Shown piece by piece: positions 1-9,119 of a stretch of 24,906 nucleotides of DNA (its first letter is position 1; every line of letters starts with the position of its first letter). The DNA comes from Candidatus Hydrogenedentota bacterium. Lineage in GTDB: Bacteria > Hydrogenedentota > Hydrogenedentia > Hydrogenedentales > SLHB01. The stretch lies in contig JAWXCN010000156.1 of assembly GCA_034408725.1 (NCBI GenBank), positions 1 to 24,906 of the forward strand, given 5' to 3'. The position numbers were made by a program, and so were the translations under genes. Below the pieces are notes generated by a model. The model did not search any database and was not told the DNA's origin. It worked only from the letters and a program-made list of their open reading frames with translations.

Positions 1-122
1 ATATTGTAATTTATAACACTTTATGTTACATTTTACAATCCATTGAGGGGCAATGGCTTAGGATAGGAAAAAACGGAGAGGGTCGCGTGTTTTTGCCAAA
101 ATACGGCGCGGACAACCCGAAG

Positions 123-1361
123 CTATTCCGCCACCTGACGGATTTCCGCGGCCGTCTTGTCCTTGGCCGCGTGGAGACGTTCAACCTGTTGCATCACCTG
201 TTCGAGGTGCGTCAACTTGCCGCGGTCACCAAGCTCCTGCTGAATTCGGATGAATTTCTGCTCCCGCTTCAAAAACGCTTCCACAATCTCGGGATCGAAA
301 TGGCCACCCGAACCGTCCAGGATAATCTGCCGTGTCTTTTCGTGCGGAAACGGTTCCTTATACGGGCGTTTCGTCGTCATTGCGTCATACGCGTCGCCAA
401 GCGCCACGATGCGCGCAGCCAGGGGAATGTCCGGACCGAGCAAACCATACGGGTAGCCGCTCCCGTCCCATTTCTCGTGATGGCCGTATGCGATGTCCCT
501 GCCCATCGTGAGGAACGAATTGCCACCGGCTTCGTCGTCCGCCGCTTTCAACGTGTCTCCGCCGATGAGCGCATGCGTTTTCATAATGTCAAACTCATCA
601 ACCGATAGCTTACCCGGCTTCAGCAAAATCGCGTCCGGAATGCCAACCTTGCCAAAGTCATGAAGCGGGCTCGAATAATACAAGGTCTCGACGAACCCGC
701 TATCAATAATGCGATCATACTTGGGCCATGTCGCCATCTCGATCGCGAGTTCGCGAACATACCGCCTCATGCGTTCCAGGTGTTCCCCCGTCTCGGGGTC
801 ACGCGATTCGGCGAGCCGCGCCAACCCAAACACCGTGACCTGCTGAATACGCTCGACCTGCGCAGTACGTTCGCGCACGCGCTCTTCGAGAATCTGTTTG
901 TCGTCTTCGAGGCGTTTTTGATAGCGCAGGATTTGGTCCTGCATGGCCTTGGATTTCACGGAACTGCGCAAGCGGGCCTCGAGCAGCACAGGGTCAATCG
1001 GCCGCGTCAGGAAATCGTCCACACCCGCTTCCAGCGCGCGAATATTTGCATCATGGTCGGCCACGCCCGTAACGATGACGACGGGGATGTGCCGTGTAGA
1101 ATGGCTCCGCTTCAATCGATCACAAACTTCGAAGCCATCCATGCCAGGCATCATCAGATCGAGGAGAATGACATCGGGCGGGTCCAGCGCGACGGATTCG
1201 AGTGCTTCAAACCCGCCCGCGGCTTCGCGCACTGTATAACCTTTTGGCGCCAACAGGCGGCTATACAATTCCAGGTTTTCGGGCATGTCGTCCACGACGA
1301 GCACCGTCGGGTGATCCGGATCGCGGTGGAACTCTGCGTAGTCACGTGCCGGTTGTGTCAT
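123..1361 (-). CDS. Response regulator with HD-GYP cyclic-dinucleotide phosphodiesterase domain (RpfG-like), 412 aa
   Basis: N-terminal REC domain (VLVVDD...ILLDLMMPGMDG...IVTG), a coiled linker, then intact HD-GYP motifs RDPETGEH, PLHDFGK, HHEKWDGSGYP, GDAYDAM, RPYK. GAGGA lies just upstream of the ATG. Confidence 0.93.
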   Translation of the reverse strand: MTQPARDYAEFHRDPDHPTVLVVDDMPENLELYSRLLAPKGYTVREAAGGFEALESVALDPPDVILLDLMMPGMDGFEVCDRLKRSHSTRHIPVVIVTGVADHDANIRALEAGVDDFLTRPIDPVLLEARLRSSVKSKAMQDQILRYQKRLEDDKQILEERVRERTAQVERIQQVTVFGLARLAESRDPETGEHLERMRRYVRELAIEMATWPKYDRIIDSGFVETLYYSSPLHDFGKVGIPDAILLKPGKLSVDEFDIMKTHALIGGDTLKAADDEAGGNSFLTMGRDIAYGHHEKWDGSGYPYGLLGPDIPLAARIVALGDAYDAMTTKRPYKEPFPHEKTRQIILDGSGGHFDPEIVEAFLKREQKFIRIQQELGDRGKLTHLEQVMQQVERLHAAKDKTAAEIRQVAE

Positions 1362-1436
1362 GCGTCCTCGTTTGCGACACCCTGCCGTTCAACTCAAGCA
1401 CTAACGGTTTCCATGTGTTGCCCGTTATCTGTGCGA

Positions 1437-1465
1437 ATACTAACACGGGGTATGCACTTGCGCAA
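1437..1465 (-). promoter_or_regulatory. Putative sigma70-type promoter for the REC-HD-GYP gene
   Basis: Minus strand TTGCGC (1465-1460), 17-nt spacer ending TGt, then TAGTAT (1442-1437). Confidence 0.4.
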
Positions 1466-1480
1466 GCGTTAATGTTTGCA

Positions 1481-1510
1481 TTGATCCGATGCGCCTCGCT
1501 TGCGCATACT
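1481..1510 (+). promoter_or_regulatory. Putative promoter for the nuclease/methyltransferase pair
   Basis: TTGATC (1481-1486), 18-nt spacer, CATACT (1505-1510), about 35 nt upstream of ATG 1546. The -35 hexamer contains GATC. Confidence 0.35.
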
Positions 1511-1545
1511 TTCGCGCATGCCAAACACAACACACAGGCGAGGCC

Positions 1546-1935
1546 ATGCCAGGACGTGACACAGCAGTTGCATCCGGAAAAGAACTGCAGGATTCGGTTG
1601 CCGCATTAGGACGCCTCCTGGGTCTCATCGCCGACACCGAAGTGCCAGTGGGCCGCCGTGTATGGGGCGCGCGACGCCGCATCGATGTCGTGCTCAAACA
1701 TCCGGACACGCGGGTAAGCCTCGGCATCGAGTGCAAGTTCCAGGGTGGAGCGGGGAGCGCTGAGGAAAAAATTCCCGCCACCATTCAGGATATCCGGGCA
1801 TGGCCAATCCGCGGGATTGTCGTGTACTACGGCGACGGATTCTCCACCAACATGGAATCGTACCTGCTCTCAACCGGCATGGCGGTCGAACTTTCCGATC
1901 TCAAGCCTTGGCTTGAACTGTATTTCGGGCTATGA
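1546..1935 (+). CDS. Small PD-(D/E)XK superfamily nuclease (putative restriction or nicking endonuclease), 129 aa
   Basis: Core E...RIDVV...GIECKFQGGAGSAEEK gives the D...ExK catalytic pattern. ATG 1546 is preceded by GAGG and is preferred over the track start at 1489. The stop overlaps the methyltransferase start (ATGA, 1932-1935). Confidence 0.75.
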   Translation: MPGRDTAVASGKELQDSVAALGRLLGLIADTEVPVGRRVWGARRRIDVVLKHPDTRVSLGIECKFQGGAGSAEEKIPATIQDIRAWPIRGIVVYYGDGFSTNMESYLLSTGMAVELSDLKPWLELYFGL

Positions 1936-2777
1936 AAACGCAGCGCGGTATCGTCACCCCACGCCCCTTTCTCAAGTGGGTCGGTGGTAAACGCCAGCTA
2001 CTCCCGCAACTTGTGGCTCAGGTGGACCGCGCAGGGGAGTTTCACCAGTACCACGAACCCTTTGTCGGTGGAGGCGCTCTGTTTTTCGAGCTCGTGCGCA
2101 CCGGGCGCCTGCCGCGCGGGAAGACTTATCTTTCGGATACCAATACCAACCTTATCGACGCGTATCGGGCCGTGCGAGACAACGTAGATCGCGTAATTGA
2201 ATTGTTGCTGCAGCACAAGCAAAAACATTCCGAACGCTACTATTACGAAATCCGGGCAAAAGTCCCGGGCGGCCGCTATGAACGGGCCGCGCGCATCATC
2301 TATCTCAATAAAACCGGATACAACGGCCTTTACCGCGAGAACAGCAAGGGCGGGTACAACGTGCCATTTGGAAGTTATGTAAATCCGCGCATCTGCGACG
2401 AAGTAAACCTGCGTGAGGCCGCCAAGGCCCTACTCCGCGCGGAACTCGATGTGCGGACATTCGAACGGATTCTCGACTTCGCCGCTCCAGGCGATTTGGT
2501 CTATTTCGATCCACCCTACGATCCGGTGTCCAAGACCGCTTCATTTACGAGCTACGCCAAAGGCGGCTTCGGCGAAGACACCCAACGGTCTCTTGCGAAT
2601 GTCGTGGAAGACCTTGACCGCCATGGAGTCAAAGTACTATTGTCCAATTCGATGACACCACTCGTTCGCAAGCTCTATAAAAAATTTACCATCGGCGAAG
2701 TCTTCGCCACCCGCAATGTCAACAGCCGTGCGGACCGCCGCGGAAAAATCAGCGAAGTGCTCGTCAGAAATTTTTGA
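1932..2777 (+). CDS. Dam/DpnM-family (D12 class) N6-adenine DNA methyltransferase, probably GATC-specific, 281 aa
   Basis: Motif X KWVGGKRQL, motif I EPFVGGGA, DpnM/Dam-like target-recognition segment NKTGYNGLYRENSKGGYNVPFG, motif IV YFDPPY, LLSNS, C-terminal ISEVLVRNF. Confidence 0.93.
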   Translation: MKTQRGIVTPRPFLKWVGGKRQLLPQLVAQVDRAGEFHQYHEPFVGGGALFFELVRTGRLPRGKTYLSDTNTNLIDAYRAVRDNVDRVIELLLQHKQKHSERYYYEIRAKVPGGRYERAARIIYLNKTGYNGLYRENSKGGYNVPFGSYVNPRICDEVNLREAAKALLRAELDVRTFERILDFAAPGDLVYFDPPYDPVSKTASFTSYAKGGFGEDTQRSLANVVEDLDRHGVKVLLSNSMTPLVRKLYKKFTIGEVFATRNVNSRADRRGKISEVLVRNF

Positions 2778-2781
2778 TTGG

Positions 2782-4341
2782 CTACGGCAGACGCGAAAGC
2801 ACTTCGTCGAGGATCAGCCCCGGAACCGGGTTCCGGGTGTACACGCCTCGTGCGATTTCCTTCAACGTCCGGGTGCGTTTTCGCGCGGTCGCATACATTG
2901 CAATATCGTCATCGTGCGCCGTCTCGACCAATTCAAGACGCAGCATGGCAAACCCACATTGCTCCAAAGCGCGCCACACCGCTTCAGGCATTTGGCTTCC
3001 ACCGATACTTACACCGTCGCGAGCGGACAGTCCGGCCACGATTGTGCCGCCCGGACGGAGCAAGCGATGCACCCTATGAACGCTATCCGGCAGCACCGAT
3101 CCCGCCGCTGATGAGCAAAGTAAGACCGTATCGAAGGCATTACTCTCCCGCTCGATTACATCACCTTCGACTACCGCATCATACAAGTGGTGGCGAACCG
3201 CTGCATCGGCCGTTTCGCAAGCAAGTCCCGTGACCCGCGCCGCGCCAGCCCGGCGCAACGCATACTTGGAAATGCCCGCCGACATGTCGAAGTCAGCCAC
3301 ATGCCCCGGCACGGTGGGAAGATAGTCCATCAGCGATCCGCGCGCCCGCAACAAGGGCCGTTCACGCAGTGCCTCCCAATTCACCTGCGCGGATATTACA
3401 TCAATGAGGTGGCGGACGCGGACATCATAGGTGTGATGCTCAAGCACTGCGGCTCGGCCCCGGGCGGCAATGCGGTCTCGCGCTGCCGCATCGCTTAAAT
3501 AGCGCGCCGCGAGATTAATCAACGTATCGTCGGTGTAGGCGATCACGTGTTCCGCGTCAGCGAACAGGTCTAACAAACCATTGACGTCAGCGTCCCTGTT
3601 CGTCAAAATCGGAATGCCCATTGCCATCACTTCAAACACGCGCATGTTTACGTCCTGCGCGATAGAACTGTTGAATCCAAGTCTGGCCCGGGAAAAAGCC
3701 GCGCACATGCCGGCCGAGTCCAACGCGCTCCCCACAAACACCGAAAAATGCTCCGCGAGCCGGTTCAGCCGTTCCGCGCGCCCGGCGTGCAGTGATCTAT
3801 CAACGCTGCCCACGAAACCGACGTCAAATTCCTTCTCAATTGCGACCGGATAATGCGCCTCCGGATCGCACGCCAGCGGCAACCAGTGTGCGTTGCGATG
3901 GCCCGCGGCCGTGAAGTGCCCCGCAAACTCGCGTTGTGCCGCGAATACAAAATCGTATGGCAGCGCATGAATCAGTTCGGCGAAATCATGCCACGTGTCA
4001 ATACTGATGTACGCCGTCGGGCAGGTCACCCAGTCGATCCGCTCGACCGGCTGCGATCCGGATTGGATTGTTACAATGAGGTCGGGCCGCCACCCAACCG
4101 GCAACCGCTCCAGTAGCGTTTCGATATTGTTGATCTCGGTATCAATATCGTTTGGCCGCACCAGATGCGCAAGATGTCCGCGGCCCATTCGCTCGAGATC
4201 CTCCGCTGAAAGCGAAGTCCCCGCAGTGATCACGTCGCAGTGTCTGCGGAACGCGTTGACGTAATGATGCACCCAGATGAACGGATTCGCTTTCGCGAGA
4301 ACGCAGACGCGCAAGCGGGTGGCGTCAGTCGAGCTCGCCAT
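2782..4341 (-). CDS. Glycosyltransferase (CgeB-like GT-B) fused to a C-terminal degenerate class I methyltransferase-like domain, 519 aa
   Basis: WLPLACDP, FDVGFVGS, NMRVFEVMAMG and RIAARGRAAVLEHHTYDVR are CgeB/Glyco_trans_1_2-like. The C-terminus has FDTVLL...RLLRPGGTIV. ATG 4341 overlaps the end of the upstream gene by 17 nt. Confidence 0.8.
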   Translation of the reverse strand: MASSTDATRLRVCVLAKANPFIWVHHYVNAFRRHCDVITAGTSLSAEDLERMGRGHLAHLVRPNDIDTEINNIETLLERLPVGWRPDLIVTIQSGSQPVERIDWVTCPTAYISIDTWHDFAELIHALPYDFVFAAQREFAGHFTAAGHRNAHWLPLACDPEAHYPVAIEKEFDVGFVGSVDRSLHAGRAERLNRLAEHFSVFVGSALDSAGMCAAFSRARLGFNSSIAQDVNMRVFEVMAMGIPILTNRDADVNGLLDLFADAEHVIAYTDDTLINLAARYLSDAAARDRIAARGRAAVLEHHTYDVRVRHLIDVISAQVNWEALRERPLLRARGSLMDYLPTVPGHVADFDMSAGISKYALRRAGAARVTGLACETADAAVRHHLYDAVVEGDVIERESNAFDTVLLCSSAAGSVLPDSVHRVHRLLRPGGTIVAGLSARDGVSIGGSQMPEAVWRALEQCGFAMLRLELVETAHDDDIAMYATARKRTRTLKEIARGVYTRNPVPGLILDEVLSRLP

Positions 4342-5818
4342 GCACGATAAGCGATATGAGTGCGTCCGCCGCGGCCGGATCGAATTGCGAACCACGGAAT
4401 CGGCGGATTTCCTCCACGATGCCCTGTGTCGGCAGCAACTCCCGATACGCGCGCTTGCTGGTCATAGCAATATACGCGTCCGCAAGACCCATCACCCTGA
4501 CCAGCGGAGGTATCTTGTCGCCATGCAGTCCGTCCGGATATCCACTGCCATCCAATCGTTCATGGTGATGCCGGATGATATCGAGATGGGCTTTGGGCAG
4601 GAATTGCGCTGTCCGCACAAGATCGTAACCCAGCACCGGATGTTTGCGTACCCGGTCCCATTCTTCTTCGTTCAGTGTGCCGGTTTTCCCCAGAAGCTCG
4701 GCGCCGATCAATGCATTGCCAATGTCATACAAATGGGCGCTCAGTTCTATGACCGCAAGATCCGTAACGCCGAACCCCATGCGCCGCGCAATCGCTTGGC
4801 CGACTCGCGATGCGCGCGCAGACGCGCCGTGCCCGTTACCGTCGCGCCTGCCCTGAAACTCCGCGAGCATGCGTAGCGATGCCAGGTGACCGTCTTCACG
4901 CAACCGCAGCATGCGAATGTTCTCGATTGCCGCGGCCGCGTGTTTCGCCATGATATCCAGCACTTTCAAATCCGCGTCGCTGAATGCCGCGCCGTCTACT
5001 TTGCCGCACACATTCAACACCGCCAGCACCTGCGACCCGTCCGGACCCGAGGAACCAAACGACGTGTGCGTAAGATCGCCGGCCAGCGGTACGGACACGA
5101 ATGACGAATCGGGAAGGTTCCGGGCCATCGTCCCGACTTCGTGCGTGTTAATGTTGGTAACGAGAAGGGGTAGCCGGGATTGCGCGACACGCCCGCTAAT
5201 GCTGGAACTGACATCGACGCGCGACCCGTCCGCCTCGCGTGGCAACCCACGGCTTGCCACGACCTCAAGCGATTGCCCGTCCGGCGTCGCAAGCATCAGC
5301 GATCCACGGTGCGCGCCAACCTGCCGCAGTGCTGCATCCAGCACGAATCCGTGCAGCGAAGGTTCGTCGTGGATTCCCGCCATCGTCTGGCTGATTGAAA
5401 AAATCTCGGTCAGCTCCCGCAGCCGCGCGTTTTCCGTTGTAAGCCGGTAACGGTCCAGCGCATTGGCGACTGCCAGCTTCACCTCGCTCAAGCTGAAAGG
5501 CTTGAGTACGTAGTCGTAAGCGCCTTCCTTGACAGCCGCGCGCGCGGTTTCGAGCGTTGCGAACCCCGTCATGACAATGGGAATCAGGGAAGGGTGATGC
5601 TTTCGGGCCTGCCGGATGAGTTCGATCCCGTCCATGTCCGGCATCATAATGTCCGTAAACAACAAGACGATGTCTTTACGGTGCTTGAACAATTCAAGCG
5701 CGGCGGGCGCGCTCGATACGGATTCAACAAGGTAGCCGTCGTCTGCGAGTATGTCAGTCAGCAATTCGCGAATAACTGCTTCATCATCGACAACAAGGAT
5801 GCGTGTGGACTCGTTCAT
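4325..5818 (-). CDS. REC-GAF-HD-GYP response regulator with a degenerate HD-GYP active site, 497 aa
   Basis: Intact REC (VDDE, TDIMMP, MTG, LKPF), central GAF (RGSLML...SISGRVAQ...SVPL...VLNV), HD-GYP fold with HHERLDGSGYP but HD replaced by YD (SAHLYDIGN). Confidence 0.9.
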   Translation of the reverse strand: MNESTRILVVDDEAVIRELLTDILADDGYLVESVSSAPAALELFKHRKDIVLLFTDIMMPDMDGIELIRQARKHHPSLIPIVMTGFATLETARAAVKEGAYDYVLKPFSLSEVKLAVANALDRYRLTTENARLRELTEIFSISQTMAGIHDEPSLHGFVLDAALRQVGAHRGSLMLATPDGQSLEVVASRGLPREADGSRVDVSSSISGRVAQSRLPLLVTNINTHEVGTMARNLPDSSFVSVPLAGDLTHTSFGSSGPDGSQVLAVLNVCGKVDGAAFSDADLKVLDIMAKHAAAAIENIRMLRLREDGHLASLRMLAEFQGRRDGNGHGASARASRVGQAIARRMGFGVTDLAVIELSAHLYDIGNALIGAELLGKTGTLNEEEWDRVRKHPVLGYDLVRTAQFLPKAHLDIIRHHHERLDGSGYPDGLHGDKIPPLVRVMGLADAYIAMTSKRAYRELLPTQGIVEEIRRFRGSQFDPAAADALISLIVHGELD

Positions 5819-5870
5819 GGTACCCCGATAGTTGCTCTCACTGTTTCATATTATCACACGCCCGGTCCCG

Positions 5871-7253
5871 CTACGATAAACTTTTAAGAATTTCGCGCGC
5901 GCGCTTAATCGCTGCCTTGACCTGTCGCGGCGCGGTGCCGCCCACCTGGTCCCTGCGCCGCACCATCGTCTCCGGTTTCAGGAAACCAAATATATCCCGC
6001 TCGAACCGGGGACAGAACGAGTTAAACTCTTCCAGGCTAAGTTCCGGCAAGCGTTTCCCGTGCTTGATGCAATGCAACACCATTTTCCCGGCTATTCCAT
6101 GCGCTTCGCGGAATGGCACGCCCTTGTCCACCAGATAGTCCGCCACGTCGGTCGCCTCCAGAAACCCTTCACGCGCCGCCTCGCGCATCGCGTGTTCATT
6201 GAAGCGAATCGTCGAAAGCATGCGCGCCACCACGGGCAGGCAAAGCTGCATGGTGTCCGACGCGTCAAACGCCGGTTCCTTGTCTTCCTGCATGTCTCGG
6301 TTATAGGTCAGCGGTAAGCCCTTCATCAGCGTCAGCAGCGCCAACAGGTCCCCGTATACACGCCCGGCCTTTCCGCGCACAAGCTCCGCCACGTCCGGAT
6401 TCTTCTTCTGCGGCATGATGCTCGAACCCGTCGTGTAAGCATCCGCAATCTCGGCAAATCCAAATTCCGGTGTCGACCAAATTATCAGCTCTTCGCAAAA
6501 CCGCGAAAGATGCATCATTGTAATCGCGGCGCACGAACAAAATTCGATCAGATAATCCCGATCGGAAACCGCGTCCATGCTGTTCGCGGAAATGGCGTCA
6601 AATTTCAACTCATCAGCCACCGCAAACCGGTCAATGTTGTGGGGCGTCCCCGCCATCGCCGCTGATCCGAGCGGCATGATATTCACCCGCGACCGCAACT
6701 GAATGAACCGGATTCGGTCACGGTGAAACATTTCGAAATAGGCGAGCAGATGATGCGCCAACAAGACTGGCTGCGCATGCTGCAGGTGCGTGCATCCCGG
6801 CAAAATCGTGGTGACATGCTTCTCAGCGACCGTCAGGAATGTGTGTTGAAGATTCGACAACAACTCGTCAATGGCATCGATCTGATCGCGCGCCCAGAGC
6901 CGCACGTCCGTCGCAATCTGATCATTCCGGCTTCGCGCAGTGTGCAGTCGTTTTCCCGCATCGCCAATGCGCCTTATTAGGGCGGTCTCGATATTCGAAT
7001 GAACGTCTTCCAGCTTGGCTTCAAACTTGAACCGGCCGTTTTCAATGTCCTTCGCAATACCGTTCAAGCCCGCGATAATTTTCTTGCTGTCCGCCTTCGG
7101 AATGATTCCTTGCTTGCCCAGCATTCGCGCGTGAGCAATGCTAGCGCGGATGTCCCACGGCGCGAGCCGTTGATCAAACGACACCGACTCGCCGAGCCTC
7201 TCGACAAGTTCGTCGGTCTTGCCTACAAACCTTCCGCCCCACTGTTTAGCCAT
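5871..7253 (-). CDS. argH: Argininosuccinate lyase
   Basis: WGGRF N-terminus, EDVH, HTARSRNDQ, THLQHAQP, signature GSSIMPQKKNPD, YNRDMQEDKE. Confidence 0.98.
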   Translation of the reverse strand: MAKQWGGRFVGKTDELVERLGESVSFDQRLAPWDIRASIAHARMLGKQGIIPKADSKKIIAGLNGIAKDIENGRFKFEAKLEDVHSNIETALIRRIGDAGKRLHTARSRNDQIATDVRLWARDQIDAIDELLSNLQHTFLTVAEKHVTTILPGCTHLQHAQPVLLAHHLLAYFEMFHRDRIRFIQLRSRVNIMPLGSAAMAGTPHNIDRFAVADELKFDAISANSMDAVSDRDYLIEFCSCAAITMMHLSRFCEELIIWSTPEFGFAEIADAYTTGSSIMPQKKNPDVAELVRGKAGRVYGDLLALLTLMKGLPLTYNRDMQEDKEPAFDASDTMQLCLPVVARMLSTIRFNEHAMREAAREGFLEATDVADYLVDKGVPFREAHGIAGKMVLHCIKHGKRLPELSLEEFNSFCPRFERDIFGFLKPETMVRRRDQVGGTAPRQVKAAIKRAREILKSLS

Positions 7254-7346
7254 GAAAAAGTAGTCCCCTGAACCATCGTCCGGCTTCTCTTGTTACCATG
7301 CACGTGCTCGATTCACTTGGAGCCTCACCACGACACCGTCGGCTGC

Positions 7347-8555
7347 TTACTCCAACCCCGCCTTCTTCCGCACGCGCATGCGCAACGCATTCAATCGAAT
7401 AAATGCTCCAGCATCCGCCTGGCTGTATGCGCCCTGGTCCTCTTCAAAGGTCGAAATTTTCGGATCGTACAGCGTCTTCGGCGCGCGCCGTCCCACGACG
7501 GTGCAGTTCCCCTTGTACAATTTCACGCGCGCCGTGCCAGTTACGTCTTCCTGCGATGCTTTCACAAACGCCATCAGCGCGCGCATCTCCGGCGAGTACC
7601 AGAACCCGTTGTAGATGATCTGCGCAATCTTCGGCGACAACTGATCGCGTTGCAGCATCACTTCCCGGTCCATCGTAATTGATTCAACTGCGCGATGCGC
7701 GGCATACAACACGGTCCCGCCCGGCGTCTCATACACCCCGCGTGACTTCATTCCCACAAACCTGTTTTCAACCATGTCCACCCGGCCAACACCATTTCGT
7801 CCGGCAATGGTATTCAACGCCGCCATGAGCGCGGCAGGCGACAACCGCTCGCCATTCACGGCGACCGGTACGCCCTGCTCAAATTCAACTTCAACATACG
7901 TCGCCTCATCTGGAGCCTTCATCGGATCCGCGGTCAGGAGAAACATATCCGCGGGTGGCTCTGCCCAAGGGTCCTCGAGAATACCCCCTTCAAACGAAAT
8001 ATGCAGCAGGTTACGGTCCGACGAGTATGGCTTCGCCGCGGTCACCGGCACCGGAATGTCATGTTTCTTGGCGTACTCGATCAGTTTCGTGCGGCTCGTC
8101 AGGTCCCACTCGCGCCACGGCGCGATGATGGTTACATTCGGTTCAAGCGCGTAGTACGTTAATTCAAAGCGTACCTGGTCATTGCCCTTGCCGGTCGAGC
8201 CGTGGGATACCGCATCCGCCTTTTCCTTGCGCAACACATCGATCTGCGCCTTGGCAATCAACGGCCGGGCAACACTTGTTCCCATGAGATACCAACCCTC
8301 GTACATCGCGTTGGCCTGCAACATCGGAAACACAAAGTCCCGCGCAAATTCTTCGCGCAGATCTTCGCAATACACCGCGCACGCCCCGGTCTTCTTTGCT
8401 TTCTCGACCGCCTCAGTCGTCTCTTCCATCTGGCCAATGTCCGCGATAAACGCGACAACGTCCGACTTATACGTTTCTTGAAGCCATTTCAGAATGACCG
8501 ATGTATCGAGTCCGCCCGAGTACGCCAACACTATTTTCTTTGCGTTCGATCCCAT
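7347..8555 (-). CDS. argG: Argininosuccinate synthase
   Basis: [43 protein letters not shown] 8555 has AGAAAGG upstream; an alternative TTG start is at 8561. Confidence 0.98.
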   Translation of the reverse strand: MGSNAKKIVLAYSGGLDTSVILKWLQETYKSDVVAFIADIGQMEETTEAVEKAKKTGACAVYCEDLREEFARDFVFPMLQANAMYEGWYLMGTSVARPLIAKAQIDVLRKEKADAVSHGSTGKGNDQVRFELTYYALEPNVTIIAPWREWDLTSRTKLIEYAKKHDIPVPVTAAKPYSSDRNLLHISFEGGILEDPWAEPPADMFLLTADPMKAPDEATYVEVEFEQGVPVAVNGERLSPAALMAALNTIAGRNGVGRVDMVENRFVGMKSRGVYETPGGTVLYAAHRAVESITMDREVMLQRDQLSPKIAQIIYNGFWYSPEMRALMAFVKASQEDVTGTARVKLYKGNCTVVGRRAPKTLYDPKISTFEEDQGAYSQADAGAFIRLNALRMRVRKKAGLE

Positions 8556-8571
8556 GTCCAAATTTACCTTT

Positions 8572-9096
8572 CTACCAACCCTTCTGATCGCGCAACACCG
8601 TGATATGAGCGAGATGATGTCTGCAATGCCAAGCGTACATCGCCATCGTGCTGTCCAGCCGGACTTTGCCGCGTTCGGGATGATTAAATGTTCGCTCCCA
8701 TTCCGTCAGCGTGAACGCGCGCACCAACATGACCCATCGCTCATGAATACCTTCAAGTAGACGCAGGGAAACCTCAACATCCGCCGCCTTCCCGTCGATC
8801 AATTCCGCCCAACGGTCTTCTGCATACGGCTTAATCGTTGGGTTCTCTTCCGTCAGCGCCAACTTGTAGCGCACGAAACTGTTCATATGGCTGTCGGCCA
8901 TATGGTGAACGACCTGCCGAACCGTCCAACCTCCATCCCGATACGGCGTGTCCAACTGAGCGGAACTCAACCCTGCGACTGCACCGCGAAACGCCGATGG
9001 CGCCGATGCGATGGTATCGATATATTCGTCCAATAACCGCGGCGTAATTTCACCGGGAGAGCTAAATTCTCCTACAGGAAATCGCGGATCGCCCAT
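8572..9096 (-). CDS. YfiT/BstA-like DinB-superfamily metal-dependent thiol S-transferase, 174 aa
   Basis: DPRFPVG N-terminus, [41 protein letters not shown] with the metal-binding His pattern of B. subtilis YfiT. GAAAGG upstream of ATG 9096. Confidence 0.88.
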   Translation of the reverse strand: MGDPRFPVGEFSSPGEITPRLLDEYIDTIASAPSAFRGAVAGLSSAQLDTPYRDGGWTVRQVVHHMADSHMNSFVRYKLALTEENPTIKPYAEDRWAELIDGKAADVEVSLRLLEGIHERWVMLVRAFTLTEWERTFNHPERGKVRLDSTMAMYAWHCRHHLAHITVLRDQKGW

Positions 9097-9119
9097 CAAG
9101 AAAACCTTTCACATGTCAT

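Noticed and set aside
1362..2790. Target-site duplication or att sites around the nuclease/Dam pair
   Set aside because: No flanking direct repeat, integrase or transposase was found by eye; insertion is inferred only from strand and spacing.
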